From the sequence record MK448234.1: 48,230 nucleotides of DNA. One strand, 5' to 3'. The translations under genes and the position numbers were made by a program. This stretch comes from Klebsiella phage ST11-VIM1phi8.2. The notes under the pieces are model-generated. The model was given only the letters and a program-made list of their open reading frames with translations. It made no database searches and was not told where the DNA came from. This document shows, piece by piece, positions 35,704-46,556 of the stretch. The number at the start of each line of letters is the position of its first letter. The first letter of the stretch is position 1.

Positions 35704-35988
35704 ATGAACGCATACCGCGCATATGACGCTATCGAAGAACGGAAATGGGCTGAACAGTCGCTCACCGAAGAGAAGCAAAAGTGGATTGACGATCGGGCGC
35801 AGGAAATTATCGACTCGCTGCCGAAAGAGCCGTCAGGGCTGTTCCGCTTCTCTGTGCCGATGGACAAAAGCCCATATGAAGGCCTCCGCAGCGATGCAGC
35901 TGGCGAGGCATATAACGATCTCATCTCGGCAGTAGCTTACGCCCAGGCGGAATACGACTGGGATCACCGCACCGGCTGCCCGTTTTAA
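35704..35988 (+). CDS. Hypothetical early protein (94 aa)
   Basis: ATG with an AGGAG Shine-Dalgarno. Upstream of recT. Confidence 0.45.
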   Translation: MNAYRAYDAIEERKWAEQSLTEEKQKWIDDRAQEIIDSLPKEPSGLFRFSVPMDKSPYEGLRSDAAGEAYNDLISAVAYAQAEYDWDHRTGCPF

Positions 35989-36003
35989 CTTTGGGGAATA
36001 GCA

Positions 36004-36849
36004 ATGGCTAACGAACTTGTGATTACAGCCAGCTCTCTTGCTGAGCGAGGCATTGACAGCGCTACCTGGAGCGCCCTCAAAAACAGTATTTACCCTGGCG
36101 CCAAAGACGAATCGGTAATGATGGCGCTGGACTACTGCCGGGCCAGAAACCTAGATCCGCTTCTGAAGCCCGTTCATCTGGTGCCAATGAGCGTTAAGGA
36201 CTCGAAGTCGGGTAAAAGCGAGTGGCGCGATGTGGTTATGCCAGGCATCGGGCTTTATCGGATTCAGGCCGATCGCTCCGGTGATTACGCTGGCGCAAAA
36301 GAACCAGAGTTCGGCCCGGACGTCACTCTGACGCTTACCGGTATTGAAGTGACCGTACCTCAATGGTGCAAGTACACGGTCAGCAAGCGCATGCCAAGCG
36401 GGGAAATCGTCGAATTCAGCGCGAAAGAATACTGGGTTGAGAACTATGCCACCGCCGGCCGCGACACTACCGCGCCAAACGCAATGTGGAAAAAGCGCCC
36501 TTACGGCCAGCTGGCGAAGTGTGCCGAGGCCCAGGCTCTGCGTAAGGCGTGGCCTGAAATTGGCCAGCAGCCCACTGCCGAAGAGATGGAAGGTAAAACG
36601 CTGGAAGTGGATATGCGTGACGTTACGCCGCGCAACACGACAGAGGCTCTCCCCCTGGTGGCCAGTGGGGAAACGTTGCAGGCAATTACTGACCTCCTGA
36701 CGTCCCTGAATAAGGACTGGGAGCAGGACTTCCTGCCTCTGTGCAGCAACATCTTCAAGCGTGACATTTTCCAGGCATCACAGCTCACCGAAGAAGAAGC
36801 GCAGAAAGGCTTTAGCTTCCTCCAGAAAAAAGCGCAGGTGGCAGCATGA
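36004..36849 (+). CDS. recT: RecT-family single-strand annealing protein
   Basis: 281 aa. Sequence typical of RecT (..LDPLLKPVHLVPM.., ..YGQLAKCAEAQALRKAWPE..). Confidence 0.8.
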   Translation: MANELVITASSLAERGIDSATWSALKNSIYPGAKDESVMMALDYCRARNLDPLLKPVHLVPMSVKDSKSGKSEWRDVVMPGIGLYRIQADRSGDYAGAKEPEFGPDVTLTLTGIEVTVPQWCKYTVSKRMPSGEIVEFSAKEYWVENYATAGRDTTAPNAMWKKRPYGQLAKCAEAQALRKAWPEIGQQPTAEEMEGKTLEVDMRDVTPRNTTEALPLVASGETLQAITDLLTSLNKDWEQDFLPLCSNIFKRDIFQASQLTEEEAQKGFSFLQKKAQVAA

Positions 36850-37133
36850 CCGGAAAAACTGTTGAAGTGACCTGCAAGTGCTGCCCGGACAAATTCCTTG
36901 CCCGAGTTGCTGACAGAAAAAGAGGCTGGGCGCAGTTTTGCAGTAAGTCATGCGCAGCTTATTGGAAGCAATATGGCCGTCGTAGAGGCCATCAATCATT
37001 AGAGATGCGTCAGGCGGCCATTGACAGAAATTCTATTGAGCGACTTCAGCGCGATAAACATGGGCGCGATTCATCTAGCGGTTTTGTTTATGTAGGTGGA
37101 TTTGGGCCATGGGATGACCATAAGGACTGCTGA
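36846..37133 (+). CDS. Small Cys-rich (zinc-finger-like) protein
   Basis: CKCCPDKF...C..SC motifs. Coupled between recT and exo. Confidence 0.4.
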   Translation: MTGKTVEVTCKCCPDKFLARVADRKRGWAQFCSKSCAAYWKQYGRRRGHQSLEMRQAAIDRNSIERLQRDKHGRDSSSGFVYVGGFGPWDDHKDC

Positions 37134-37134
37134 C

Positions 37135-37815
37135 ATGACACCAGAAATTATCCTCGATCGAACTGGCATTGACGTTACCCGCGTTGAACAGGGAGATGAA
37201 TCCTGGCACCGCTTACGCCTGGGCGTGATCACCGCCTCGGAAGTCCATAACGTCATTTCGAAGCCGAGATCAGGCACCAAGTGGACTGACATGAAAATGT
37301 CTTATTTCCACACGCTGCTCGCAGAGGTTTGCACCGGCGCGGCGCCGGAAGTTAACGCCAAGGCGCTGGCCTGGGGGAAACAGTATGAGGCCGACGCTCG
37401 CACTCTTTTTGAGTTCACCACCGACGTGAAGGTAACGGAGTCACCGATCCTTTTCCGTGACGAAGGTATGCGCACCGCCTGCTCACCAGACGGCCTGTGC
37501 AGTGATGGCCGCGGCCTTGAGCTGAAGTGCCCTTTCACCTCTCGCGACTTCATGAAATTCAGGCTTGGCGGCTTCGAGGCTATCAAATCCGCCTACATGG
37601 CCCAGGTGCAATTCAGCATGTGGGTAACCGGTAAGGATGCCTGGTACTTCGCGAATTATGACCCTCGCATGAAGCGAGAAGGCATTCACCACGTGGTTGT
37701 TGAGCGCGACGACAAATACATGTCCGACTTCAACGAAATGGTGCCGGAGTTCATCAGCAAGATGGATGAATCGCTGGCTGAGATCGGGTTCATCTTCGGG
37801 GAGCAGTGGAAATGA
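37135..37815 (+). CDS. Lambda-Exo / YqaJ-type alkaline exonuclease
   Basis: YqaJ-family layout (...[16 protein letters not shown]..., ...SPDGL...LELKCP...). Partner of RecT. ATG directly after the previous stop. Confidence 0.75.
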   Translation: MTPEIILDRTGIDVTRVEQGDESWHRLRLGVITASEVHNVISKPRSGTKWTDMKMSYFHTLLAEVCTGAAPEVNAKALAWGKQYEADARTLFEFTTDVKVTESPILFRDEGMRTACSPDGLCSDGRGLELKCPFTSRDFMKFRLGGFEAIKSAYMAQVQFSMWVTGKDAWYFANYDPRMKREGIHHVVVERDDKYMSDFNEMVPEFISKMDESLAEIGFIFGEQWK

Positions 37816-38240
37816 AACGCACTCCATTTTACCGCAGGCCCGGCAAAGCAGGGAAATTCTCCGGCCTTCGCGAGCGCGTGATCTGGATGATTCAGACGCG
37901 CGGCCGCCCCGTTACCGGCAGCGAAATAGCGGAGAAATTCGGCGTGACGCTTGTCGAATTTAACCGCGTTGCGAACGGCATAACCAAGGGAGAAGGCCGC
38001 ATTGCACAGCTGATCGCATCGGAAACCTGGCTCAACGAGGATGGCATATGCGATCGCACCTTTGACCTGATCACAAGGCCAAAGGTCATTACCCCGCAGG
38101 GTAAAACGCGCCTGTTCACTAAGCGCTCGATAGCTCAGGCCGCCTCTGGCAACCGCCAGAAATGTATTGATAAAGCGGCCCGGCGCCGCCGGCTTATCGC
38201 ATCTGGACTCTATTTCGATGAAATGGAGTCAGTCCTATGA
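37806..38240 (+). CDS. Hypothetical protein
   Basis: 144-aa ORF coupled to neighbours. Confidence 0.4.
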   Translation: MEMKRTPFYRRPGKAGKFSGLRERVIWMIQTRGRPVTGSEIAEKFGVTLVEFNRVANGITKGEGRIAQLIASETWLNEDGICDRTFDLITRPKVITPQGKTRLFTKRSIAQAASGNRQKCIDKAARRRRLIASGLYFDEMESVL

Positions 38241-38899
38241 ACCGCTACTCACTTATCTATGCTGACCCGGCTTGGTCTTACGGGAACACGATAAGCAACG
38301 GCGCCGCCGTCGATCACTACCCCACCATGAGCTTGCTCGATATGAAGCGGCTCCCGGTGTGGGAGCTCTCCGCGGATAACGCTGTGCTGGCGATGTGGTA
38401 CACCGGCACCCACAACCAGGAGGCGATCGAGCTGGCCGAGGCCTGGGGATTTACGGTGCGCACGATGAAGCTATTCACTTGGGTGAAGCTGAACCAGCTG
38501 GCCGAGCTACGCATTACCAAGGCCCTGGCAGAGGGTGACGTCGCCGACTTTTACGACTTCCTCGACCTGCTGAATGCTGAGACGCGCATGAACGGCGGCA
38601 ACCACACCCGCGCCAATACCGAAGACGTGTTGATCGCCACCCGCGGCGCCGGGCTGGAGCGCAAGCACGCCGGCATTAAGCAGGTGGTCTACAGCCCGCT
38701 CGGCGCGCACAGCGAGAAACCGTGGGAAGTTCGCCACCGCCTGGAACTGCTCTACGGCGACGTGCCGCGGATTGAGCTTTTCAGCCGCAGCGCAGAGCCA
38801 GGCTGGAGCCACTGGGGCAACCAGTGCGCCTCCGCTTCCGTTGAGCTGATACCCGGCTACACCATCTGCCTGGACAATGTAACTAAGGGGTTTTTATGA
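38237..38899 (+). CDS. DNA N6-adenine methyltransferase (MT-A70 family)
   Basis: N-terminal YADPAW motif (DPPW-like). 220 aa. Confidence 0.75.
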   Translation: MNRYSLIYADPAWSYGNTISNGAAVDHYPTMSLLDMKRLPVWELSADNAVLAMWYTGTHNQEAIELAEAWGFTVRTMKLFTWVKLNQLAELRITKALAEGDVADFYDFLDLLNAETRMNGGNHTRANTEDVLIATRGAGLERKHAGIKQVVYSPLGAHSEKPWEVRHRLELLYGDVPRIELFSRSAEPGWSHWGNQCASASVELIPGYTICLDNVTKGFL

Positions 38900-39210
38900 C
38901 TAATACATCTCATAAATCAGATGAAATTTTGATAACCGATGACGTTCTGTCCAGATACAAAATATCGCGCAGCACACTCTATTTCTGGAGCACCCCATCC
39001 CGGATGCCCTCTTACTTTGCTCAGCCATTCCCGCAGCCTAAAATAAATGGCAGCCCTAAAAGGTGGAGACTTTCAGACCTGCTGGCCTGGGAGGATAACG
39101 TGGGGATCAAACCAGAGGCTGACCAACCAGCTTCTCAAGGTGATCCTGCCAAACAGCAAGCCAGTGACGCTGATCATCCAGATAATCATGCAGGTTATAA
39201 CGTGCCATGA
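38896..39210 (+). CDS. xis: AlpA-family excisionase / transcriptional regulator
   Basis: ISRSTLYFW...KRWRLSDLLAWE matches the AlpA/Xis HTH pattern. Convergent with the integrase, overlapping its 3' end by ~100 nt. Confidence 0.6.
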   Translation: MTNTSHKSDEILITDDVLSRYKISRSTLYFWSTPSRMPSYFAQPFPQPKINGSPKRWRLSDLLAWEDNVGIKPEADQPASQGDPAKQQASDADHPDNHAGYNVP

Positions 39211-40336
39211 CACCTGCCATATGATGGCCAAGCAGTTTTTCCACAACATGTGGCGGCGCACCTAATTCAGAAAGGCGTGTCGCCACTGTTCGTCTGAGGT
39301 CATGGAGAGACCAGGGCTTCATGCCTGTTTTAGCTATAATCTGAGCAGAAAACAGAGCGACGTTTGGTTGTTGTGGCGGTCTGTCATCTTCTGGCCCTCT
39401 GTAGCGTGACAGTGTCACAACGTGTTTTGAAACTGACGTTTCCTTCTCTGCTAACATCATTCTTACTACTGCCTCGGGAAGTGCCCTTCTGACCGATTTC
39501 CCGGTTTTATAATCGCTTGCCGGAATGGTCCACGTTTGCTCATGGAAATCGAACCACTCCCATCTTGCTGTCCTGATCTCCGTACTCCGGCAGCCAGTCA
39601 TGATGAGAAACTTCATTATCAGCTGTTGTCTGTACTTCATTTCAGGAAGGATGTTCCAAACTGTTTTGATTTCCTCATCACTCAATCTGCGATCTTTTAC
39701 GGATGCTGTGAGACCTACGTCAGAGCGCCTAAGGCTCTCAATTGGGTTCACATTAATGACCCCTCGATTGGAGCAAAAACGGAACGTACGCTGCATCAGC
39801 CCAAGCATCTGACCAGTGACAACTCTTCGCCCCATGCCATCAAAAAGGTTAAGCCAGTGCGCTTTAGTGGTCTGATCAACAATCATGTTCCCCAGCACAG
39901 GCGCTATATGGTTATTGAAGTCCCGCCGGTTAACCTTGATTTTCACAAGACCTTCAGGGATGCAGTAATACTTTTCCCAGTAATCGAAAGCCTCTTTAAC
40001 GGTGAGTGCTTCGACTTTTTTCTGTTTCTCCAGAACTGTTTGCCGTCTCGGATCGAGTCCTTCTGTCAACCAAGCCCTGAACTGCTGTCTACGTTCGCGA
40101 GCTTGAGATAAGGAGGTGGTGGGATAATCGCCAATCGTTAGCTGAGCGGCTTTCCCGTTCCATCTGTAGCGGTAAAAGAATGTTATACTGCCGGAAGTAG
40201 ACAACCGGACATTCAGACCATGAGCGTCCGATATGACCTCGATCTGGTCTCTCTTTTTGCCAAGAGCTTTTCTTAATTTTGTGTCGGTAAGCAATGTGTA
40301 CACCCCGGAAGATGATATACACATCAGTGTACACAT
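39107..40336 (-). CDS. int: Tyrosine integrase (P4/lambda-type)
   Basis: The C-terminal catalytic region has R...HDLRRT...RLLGH...Y motifs. The ORF track starts at 40375. A more plausible start is the Met at 40336 or 40324. Confidence 0.85.
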   Translation of the reverse strand: MCTLMCISSSGVYTLLTDTKLRKALGKKRDQIEVISDAHGLNVRLSTSGSITFFYRYRWNGKAAQLTIGDYPTTSLSQARERRQQFRAWLTEGLDPRRQTVLEKQKKVEALTVKEAFDYWEKYYCIPEGLVKIKVNRRDFNNHIAPVLGNMIVDQTTKAHWLNLFDGMGRRVVTGQMLGLMQRTFRFCSNRGVINVNPIESLRRSDVGLTASVKDRRLSDEEIKTVWNILPEMKYRQQLIMKFLIMTGCRSTEIRTARWEWFDFHEQTWTIPASDYKTGKSVRRALPEAVVRMMLAEKETSVSKHVVTLSRYRGPEDDRPPQQPNVALFSAQIIAKTGMKPWSLHDLRRTVATRLSELGAPPHVVEKLLGHHMAGVMARYNLHDYLDDQRHWLAVWQDHLEKLVGQPLV

Positions 40337-40470
40337 TTTGGTTAAATTGATAACCTTCAAATCAATGCAGAACACACAAAATTAAAGCACTCAATGCTGG
40401 CAAGGTGTTGGTATTAGCGGGATTTTTGAAAAGACTTAAAGCATGACTAACAAACTTAAAACGGATTCAT

Positions 40471-41361
40471 ATGCCCTACGATAGCGTTTATCTGGAAAAG
40501 CGTCCGCCCGGCGCGCTGCGCACCGTATGGCGTAAGTTCTATGGCGACACCACGGCGATGATCGGTCTGTACGGCTGCGCGGGCCTGCTGCTGCTCTGCG
40601 TCTTCGGCGGCTGGTTCGCCCCCTACGGCATCGACCAGCAGTTCCTCGGCTACCAGCTGTTGCCGCCGTCGTGGTCGCGCTATGGCGAAGTCTCCTTCTT
40701 TCTGGGAACCGATGACCTCGGCCGCGATGTGCTGAGCCGACTGCTGAGCGGCGCGGCGCCCACCGTCGGCGGCGCTTTTGTCGTCACCCTCGGCGCCACG
40801 CTGTTTGGTCTGGTGCTGGGCGTGATTGCCGGATCGACCCACGGCCTGCGCTCGGCGGTGATGAACCATATCCTCGACACCCTGCTCTCCATCCCCTCGC
40901 TGCTGCTGGCGATTATCGTCGTCGCCTTTGCCGGGCCGCATCTGAGCCATGCGATGTTCGCCGTCTGGCTGGCGCTGCTGCCGCGCATGGTGCGCTCCGT
41001 CTACAGCATGGTCCACGATGAGCTGGAGAAAGAGTACATCATCGCCGCCCGCCTCGATGGCGCCTCGACGCTGAATATTCTGCTGTTCGCCATCCTGCCC
41101 AATATCGCCTCCGGCCTGGTGACCGAGATCACTCGCGCCCTGTCGATGGCCATTCTGGATATTGCCGCGCTGGGCTTTCTTGATCTCGGCGCCCAGCTGC
41201 CTTCGCCGGAATGGGGAGCCATGCTGGGCGATGCGCTGGAGCTTATCTATGTGGCGCCGTGGACCGTGATGCTCCCCGGGGCGGCGATTATGCTCAGCGT
41301 ACTGCTGGTCAACCTGCTGGGCGACGGTATTCGCCGGGCGATCATTGCCGGGGTAGAATAA
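40471..41361 (+). CDS. sapC: Peptide ABC transporter permease SapC
   Basis: 296 aa, near-identical along its whole length to enterobacterial SapC (MPYDSVY...IIAGVE). Confidence 0.9.
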   Translation: MPYDSVYLEKRPPGALRTVWRKFYGDTTAMIGLYGCAGLLLLCVFGGWFAPYGIDQQFLGYQLLPPSWSRYGEVSFFLGTDDLGRDVLSRLLSGAAPTVGGAFVVTLGATLFGLVLGVIAGSTHGLRSAVMNHILDTLLSIPSLLLAIIVVAFAGPHLSHAMFAVWLALLPRMVRSVYSMVHDELEKEYIIAARLDGASTLNILLFAILPNIASGLVTEITRALSMAILDIAALGFLDLGAQLPSPEWGAMLGDALELIYVAPWTVMLPGAAIMLSVLLVNLLGDGIRRAIIAGVE

Positions 41362-42353
41362 TGCCGTTACTCGATATTCGTCACTTAACCATTGAATTTA
41401 AAACCAGCGAAGGCTGGGTAAAAGCCGTCGATCGCGTCAGCCTGACGCTGACCGAAGGCGAAATCCGCGGCCTGGTGGGGGAATCCGGCTCCGGGAAAAG
41501 CCTTATTGCCAAAGCTATCTGCGGCGTGACCAAAGACAACTGGCGGGTCACGGCCGACCGCATGCGCTTCGATGACATCGACCTGCTGCGACTGTCGAAC
41601 CGCGAGCGCCGGAAGCTGATCGGCCATAACGTGTCGATGATTTTTCAGGAGCCCCAGTCGTGCCTCGATCCCTCTGAGCGCATCGGCCAGCAGCTGATTC
41701 AGAGTATCCCCGGCTGGACCTACAAGGGCCGCTGGTGGCAACGGCTGGGCTGGCGCAAGCGCCGGGCCATCGAGCTGTTGCACCGCGTCGGCATTAAAGA
41801 TCACAAAGATGCCATGCGCAGCTTCCCCTATCAGCTGACCGAGGGCGAGTGCCAGAAGGTGATGATCGCCATCGCCCTGGCCAACCAGCCGCGTCTGCTG
41901 ATTGCCGACGAGCCGACCAACGCCATGGAGCCGACCACCCAGGCGCAGATTATTCGCCTGCTGACGCGGCTCAACCAGAACAACAACACCACCATCTTGC
42001 TGATCAGCCATGACCTGCAAATGCTCAGCAAATGGGCGGATAAAATCAACGTCATGTACTGCGGGCAGACGGTGGAGAGTGGGCCCAGCGAAGAGCTGAT
42101 CACCCTCCCACATCACCCCTACACCCAGGCGTTAATCCGCGCGATCCCGGATTTCGGTAGCGCCATGCCGCATAAAAGTCGCCTCAACACCCTGCCTGGA
42201 GCGATCCCGCTGCTGGAGCAGTTGCCTATCGGCTGTCGGCTGGGGCCGCGCTGCCCGTACGCCCAGCGCGAGTGTATCGAAACGCCGCGTCTTACCGGGG
42301 CGCGCAACCATCTGTACGCCTGTCATTTCCCGTTGAACATGGAGAAAGAGTGA
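41361..42353 (+). CDS. sapD: Peptide ABC transporter ATP-binding protein SapD
   Basis: Starts at [13 protein letters not shown], with a TAATG overlap with sapC. Walker A GESGSGKS. Confidence 0.9.
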   Translation: MPLLDIRHLTIEFKTSEGWVKAVDRVSLTLTEGEIRGLVGESGSGKSLIAKAICGVTKDNWRVTADRMRFDDIDLLRLSNRERRKLIGHNVSMIFQEPQSCLDPSERIGQQLIQSIPGWTYKGRWWQRLGWRKRRAIELLHRVGIKDHKDAMRSFPYQLTEGECQKVMIAIALANQPRLLIADEPTNAMEPTTQAQIIRLLTRLNQNNNTTILLISHDLQMLSKWADKINVMYCGQTVESGPSEELITLPHHPYTQALIRAIPDFGSAMPHKSRLNTLPGAIPLLEQLPIGCRLGPRCPYAQRECIETPRLTGARNHLYACHFPLNMEKE

Positions 42354-42354
42354 A

Positions 42355-43164
42355 ATGGTCGAAACATTGCTGGAAGTTCGCCAACTCAGTAAGACCTTTC
42401 GCTACCGCACCGGCTGGTTTCACCGTCAGACGGTTGAGGCGGTTAAGCCACTGAGTTTTACCCTGCGCGAACGGCAGACGCTGGCGATTATCGGCGAGAA
42501 CGGCTCCGGGAAATCGACCCTCGCGAAGATGCTGGCGGGCATGGTGGAACCCACCAGCGGCGAACTGCTGATTGACGATCATCCGCTGACTTTTGGGGAT
42601 TACTCCTACCGCAGCCAGAAGATTCGCATGATCTTTCAGGATCCGTCGACCTCGCTAAACCCGCGCCAGCGCATCTCGCAGATCCTCGATTTTCCGCTGC
42701 GACTGAATACCGATCTCGACGCCGAGGCGCGGCAGAAGCAGATAATCGACACCCTGCGCATGGTCGGTCTGCTGCCGGACCACGTCAGCTACTACCCCCA
42801 TATGCTGGCGCCCGGTCAGAAGCAGCGTCTCGGCCTCGCCAGGGCGCTGATCCTGCGCCCGAAGGTTATCGTCTGCGATGAGGCGCTGGCCTCGCTGGAT
42901 ATGTCGATGCGCTCCCAGCTTATCAACCTGATGCTGGAGCTGCAGGAGAAACAGGGCATCTCTTATATCTATGTCACTCAGCACCTGGGAATGATGAAAC
43001 ACATCAGCGATCAGGTGCTGGTGATGCATAACGGCGAAGTGGTCGAGCGCGGCAGCACTGCCGATGTGCTGGCCTCGCCGCTGCACGACCTGACCCGGCG
43101 CCTGATCGCCGGCCACTTCGGTGAAGCCCTCACCGCCGACGCCTGGCGCAAAGACGGGAAATAG
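42355..43164 (+). CDS. sapF: Peptide ABC transporter ATP-binding protein SapF
   Basis: 269 aa. Walker A GENGSGKST. Confidence 0.9.
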   Translation: MVETLLEVRQLSKTFRYRTGWFHRQTVEAVKPLSFTLRERQTLAIIGENGSGKSTLAKMLAGMVEPTSGELLIDDHPLTFGDYSYRSQKIRMIFQDPSTSLNPRQRISQILDFPLRLNTDLDAEARQKQIIDTLRMVGLLPDHVSYYPHMLAPGQKQRLGLARALILRPKVIVCDEALASLDMSMRSQLINLMLELQEKQGISYIYVTQHLGMMKHISDQVLVMHNGEVVERGSTADVLASPLHDLTRRLIAGHFGEALTADAWRKDGK

Positions 43165-43208
43165 CTGGCAGGCAACGGCAGGGGCGGCCCTCACGCCGCC
43201 CTTGTCAT

Positions 43209-44655
43209 TCAGGTGGAAGGGAAAAGACTCTGCGCCGGCAGCGACCGGCGGTCAAAGCGGCGCAGCGCGTAGTAAAGAACCCCGGTGCCAAACCAGCCTA
43301 TTATCCATGAGACATCGTTACCGGCGAAGATCCACGTGAGCGAACCATGGAACAACGGGTTCTCAATGAACGGCAACTGGATAAGCACACCGACGATATA
43401 CAGGGTGATCGCGTACAGGTTCCAGAACCCGTAGCGTTGCTGCGGGTCGCTTAGCGCCGGAATATCGATGGCGCCCTTCGAGATAAGATAATAATCCGTC
43501 AGACAGATGGCGCTCCACGGCACGAAGAACGCCAGCAGAAACAGAAGAAAATGCGTGAAATGCTTTAAGAAAGCGGGTTCGCTAAGCAACGCGATAATGC
43601 AGGAAGCCGTCACCATCAGCACCACGAATGCAATGCGACACTTTTGCGACAGCACGGTTTGCCGGCGGAAGGCGGAAACAATGGTGGTCAGCGACATAAA
43701 GCTGCCGTACGCATTGAGGGTAGTGAAGGTAATTTTACCAAAACAGATGGCGAAATAGATAACCATGGCCATCGCCTGACTCTTACCTAATCCCACCAGA
43801 TAGCTCACCTCGTGACCAGGGAACGCGCTGCCGGCAATGGCCGCTGTCAGAACCCCGAGCGTCATCGACGTTTGGGTGCCCAATACGGTGCCGAAAAACA
43901 CTGAGCACCACGTTTTCGTGGCGGAAACATCGCGTGGCAGGTAGCGCGAATAGTCGGATACATAGGGGCAAAAAGCGATCTGCCACGATGAGGAGAGCGA
44001 TACGGCTAATAAAAACGTCGGCAGCGAAAAATGGTTATTGTGCGCGAGCGCACTGAGATCGGCCGAAAGTAGCAGCGTGATGAACATATAAACGAAGGCG
44101 AGAATTCCGACGATACTCGCCAGTTTGCCCAGCTTGTGGATCACCTTATAACCGAGGACGGCGATAACGATAATAATCGCACTGAATATCAGCATCCCGG
44201 CTACGTGGCTGATATTCAGTAGTTTGGCCATTGCCTGCCCGGCCAATACGGTGCCGCTGGCAGAAAAAACCGATATACATGACGCAAACCAGCACCAGCG
44301 GCACCACCGCGCCAAAAACCCCAAACTGGGCGCGGCTAAGGATCATTTGCGGAAGTCCCAGTCGCGGTCCCTGCAGCGCATGCAGAGACATCACCGCCGC
44401 CCCCAGCATCTGACCGACCAGAAGCCCGACCAGAGACCACACTACATCGCCGCCCAGCACAACGGCTAAAGCGCCAGTGACAATCGCCGTAATTTGCAGA
44501 TTGCCGCCAAACCAAAGGGTGAACTGGCTAAAAGGGTGTCCATGCCGTTCGCTTTCCGGGATGTAATCAATCGACCGCCTTTCACTCATTCCAGCATAAT
44601 TGCTCTTTGACTGCCCGTCTGTAGACGAAAACGAAGACATAGGTTCCTCACTCAA
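43209..44655 (-). pseudogene. NCS1-family (cytosine/purine/allantoin-type) permease, frameshifted
   Basis: The N-terminal piece (44146..44655) and the C-terminal multi-TM piece (43209..44324) overlap in different frames. A poly-A run at ~44264 is a candidate frameshift site. Confidence 0.5.
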
Positions 44656-44827
44656 GTTATTAATATCACCTCACTCAATCGTTCTTGTATATACAAGCAT
44701 TGACAACTCACCGCCTTGCATGCACTCTCATTTTGTGACGAATATGTAAAATATTTGTATTGCAGAAAGTTACTAAACTAGCTCAAGGCGGTGCTTATTG
44801 TTGACGCCGGAAGCGATTAACTAAGGT

Positions 44828-45379
44828 ATGCTGCCCATGATGGTCCCTTTTCAACTTTCGACGCTCCCCGTCACGCCGTGGAAAAACGGCGGCGGAGAGA
44901 CGCGCGAAATCATCTGCGTACCCGCTCCAGATGCCCCTTTTCTCTGGCGAGCGAGTATTGCCACCCTGCAGGCGGATGGCCCTTTCTCCCCCTTTCCTGG
45001 CGTCGACCGGGTCATTACTCTGCTGGCGGGGCAGCCGCTACGGCTGTGTGGCGAGAATATCGACCAACCGCTGGCGCTCTGGCAGCCGTGGGCTTTCCCC
45101 GGCGAATGGGCGCTGTCCAGCGTCGGGATCGTTGCGCCAGGGCTGGACTTCAATATCATGACTCAGCGCGGGCGCGCGTCGGCGACAGTTCAGGTCGTTA
45201 GCGACCTGCAATGCCCTGCCAGCGAGGGGGTCGCTTATGTTCTACAAGGCGAGTGGGATCTGGCCGGGCGGCGCTGCGCGGCCGGCAGCGGCCTCTGCTG
45301 GCGCGGTGGATCCCCGCGGAATCTGCGTCCCGTGGGCAGCAATGGACGCCTGCTGCTGGCGGAGATCGCGCTCAAATAA
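44828..45379 (+). CDS. HutD/Ves-family protein
   Basis: 183 aa (...LSTLPVTPWKNGGGETREI...). Confidence 0.55.
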   Translation: MLPMMVPFQLSTLPVTPWKNGGGETREIICVPAPDAPFLWRASIATLQADGPFSPFPGVDRVITLLAGQPLRLCGENIDQPLALWQPWAFPGEWALSSVGIVAPGLDFNIMTQRGRASATVQVVSDLQCPASEGVAYVLQGEWDLAGRRCAAGSGLCWRGGSPRNLRPVGSNGRLLLAEIALK

Positions 45380-45577
45380 TCGTCAGGAGAGATGATATAC
45401 TGCAGCTATCGCGATGTACTTTTGCCCCGCGCGGCGCGGACCGGCTGAAAAATATCGTGACACAAGGGGTCGTCAGTGGGATATAATTCCCGGCTAAATT
45501 TGAGTTATTTTGAAATAACAATGTTAACGTTATGATTGTTAAAGTAAAAATAAGCAATAACGATAAGGATTAAAGCT

Positions 45578-46366
45578 ATGGGTTTTCTTTCCGGTAAGCG
45601 CATTTTGATCACTGGCGTCGCCAGCAAACTGTCCATCGCCTACGGCATCGCGCAGGCAATGCACCGCGAAGGCGCGGAACTGGCATTCACCTATCAGAAT
45701 GAGAAACTGAAAGGTCGCGTAGAAGAGTTTGCTGCCGCGCTGGGTTCTGACATTGTGCTGCCGTGCGACGTTGCTGAAGATGAGAGCATCACCGCGCTGT
45801 TCACCGAGCTGGAAAAAGTCTGGCCAAAATTCGATGGTTTCGTCCACTCAATCGGTTTTGCCCCGGCTGACCAGTTAGACGGCGACTACGTTGACGTTGT
45901 CACTCGCGACGGCTTTAAAATCGCGCACGACATCAGCGCTTACAGCTTCGTGGCAATGGCCAAAGCCTGCCGCGGCATGCTGAACCCGGGTTCGGCTCTG
46001 CTGACGCTCTCCTACCTGGGCGCAGAGCGCGCGATCCCGAACTATAACGTGATGGGTCTGGCCAAAGCCTCTCTGGAAGCTAACGTCCGCTATATGGCTA
46101 ACGCCATGGGTCCGGAAGGCGTTCGCGTCAATGCCATCTCTGCCGGTCCTATCCGTACGCTGGCCGCGTCCGGTATTAAAGATTTCCGTAAAATGCTGGC
46201 GCACTGCGAAGCGGTCACCCCGATCCGTCGCACCGTCACCATTGAAGATGTGGGTAACAGCGCAGCCTTCCTGTGCTCCAACCTGTCTGCGGGGATCTCC
46301 GGTGAAGTCGTTCACGTTGACGGCGGGTTCAATATCGCCGCCATGAACGAGCTGGAACTGAAATAA
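45578..46366 (+). CDS. fabI: Enoyl-[acyl-carrier-protein] reductase (NADH) FabI
   Basis: 262 aa ([41 protein letters not shown]...), unmistakable. Confidence 0.95.
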   Translation: MGFLSGKRILITGVASKLSIAYGIAQAMHREGAELAFTYQNEKLKGRVEEFAAALGSDIVLPCDVAEDESITALFTELEKVWPKFDGFVHSIGFAPADQLDGDYVDVVTRDGFKIAHDISAYSFVAMAKACRGMLNPGSALLTLSYLGAERAIPNYNVMGLAKASLEANVRYMANAMGPEGVRVNAISAGPIRTLAASGIKDFRKMLAHCEAVTPIRRTVTIEDVGNSAAFLCSNLSAGISGEVVHVDGGFNIAAMNELELK

Positions 46367-46556
46367 GTTCCTTCCCCTCCTCGCCCCGGTGAGGAGGGTT
46401 CTTCCCTCCCCCACGCCTTACGCCCCACCTGTTATTCCAATCGGCTATTTGTTAGCACGTATCAATATTTTCTCCTGCTTCCGGGTTACGCCAGGATAGT
46501 TCTGCATAAACGATCCGCGGAACGGCGGTTCGCCACATACCGAACAAGGAAAGCCC

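Larger units (their letters stand above)
1..40375. mobile_element. Lambdoid prophage, partial (left end outside the window). Minus strand carries the tail, head, packaging, lysis, Q, nin, replication and cro/cII genes. Plus strand carries cI and the early-left recombination/int-xis module.
   Basis: Contiguous phage gene content in canonical lambdoid order (terminase, portal, capsid, tail, tape measure, J, lysis, Q, nin, O/P-like, cII/cro/cI, recT/exo, xis, int). Ends at the integrase, next to host sapC. Confidence 0.9.

Noticed and set aside
40456-41016. Minus-strand ORFs 40456..41016, 40680..40988 and 41001..41222 antisense to sapC, and 41385..42116 / 41831..42103 antisense to sapD
   Set aside because: Host genes sapC/sapD are unambiguous. 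The antisense frames are Arg/Gly/Ala-rich artefacts of high-GC coding DNA.
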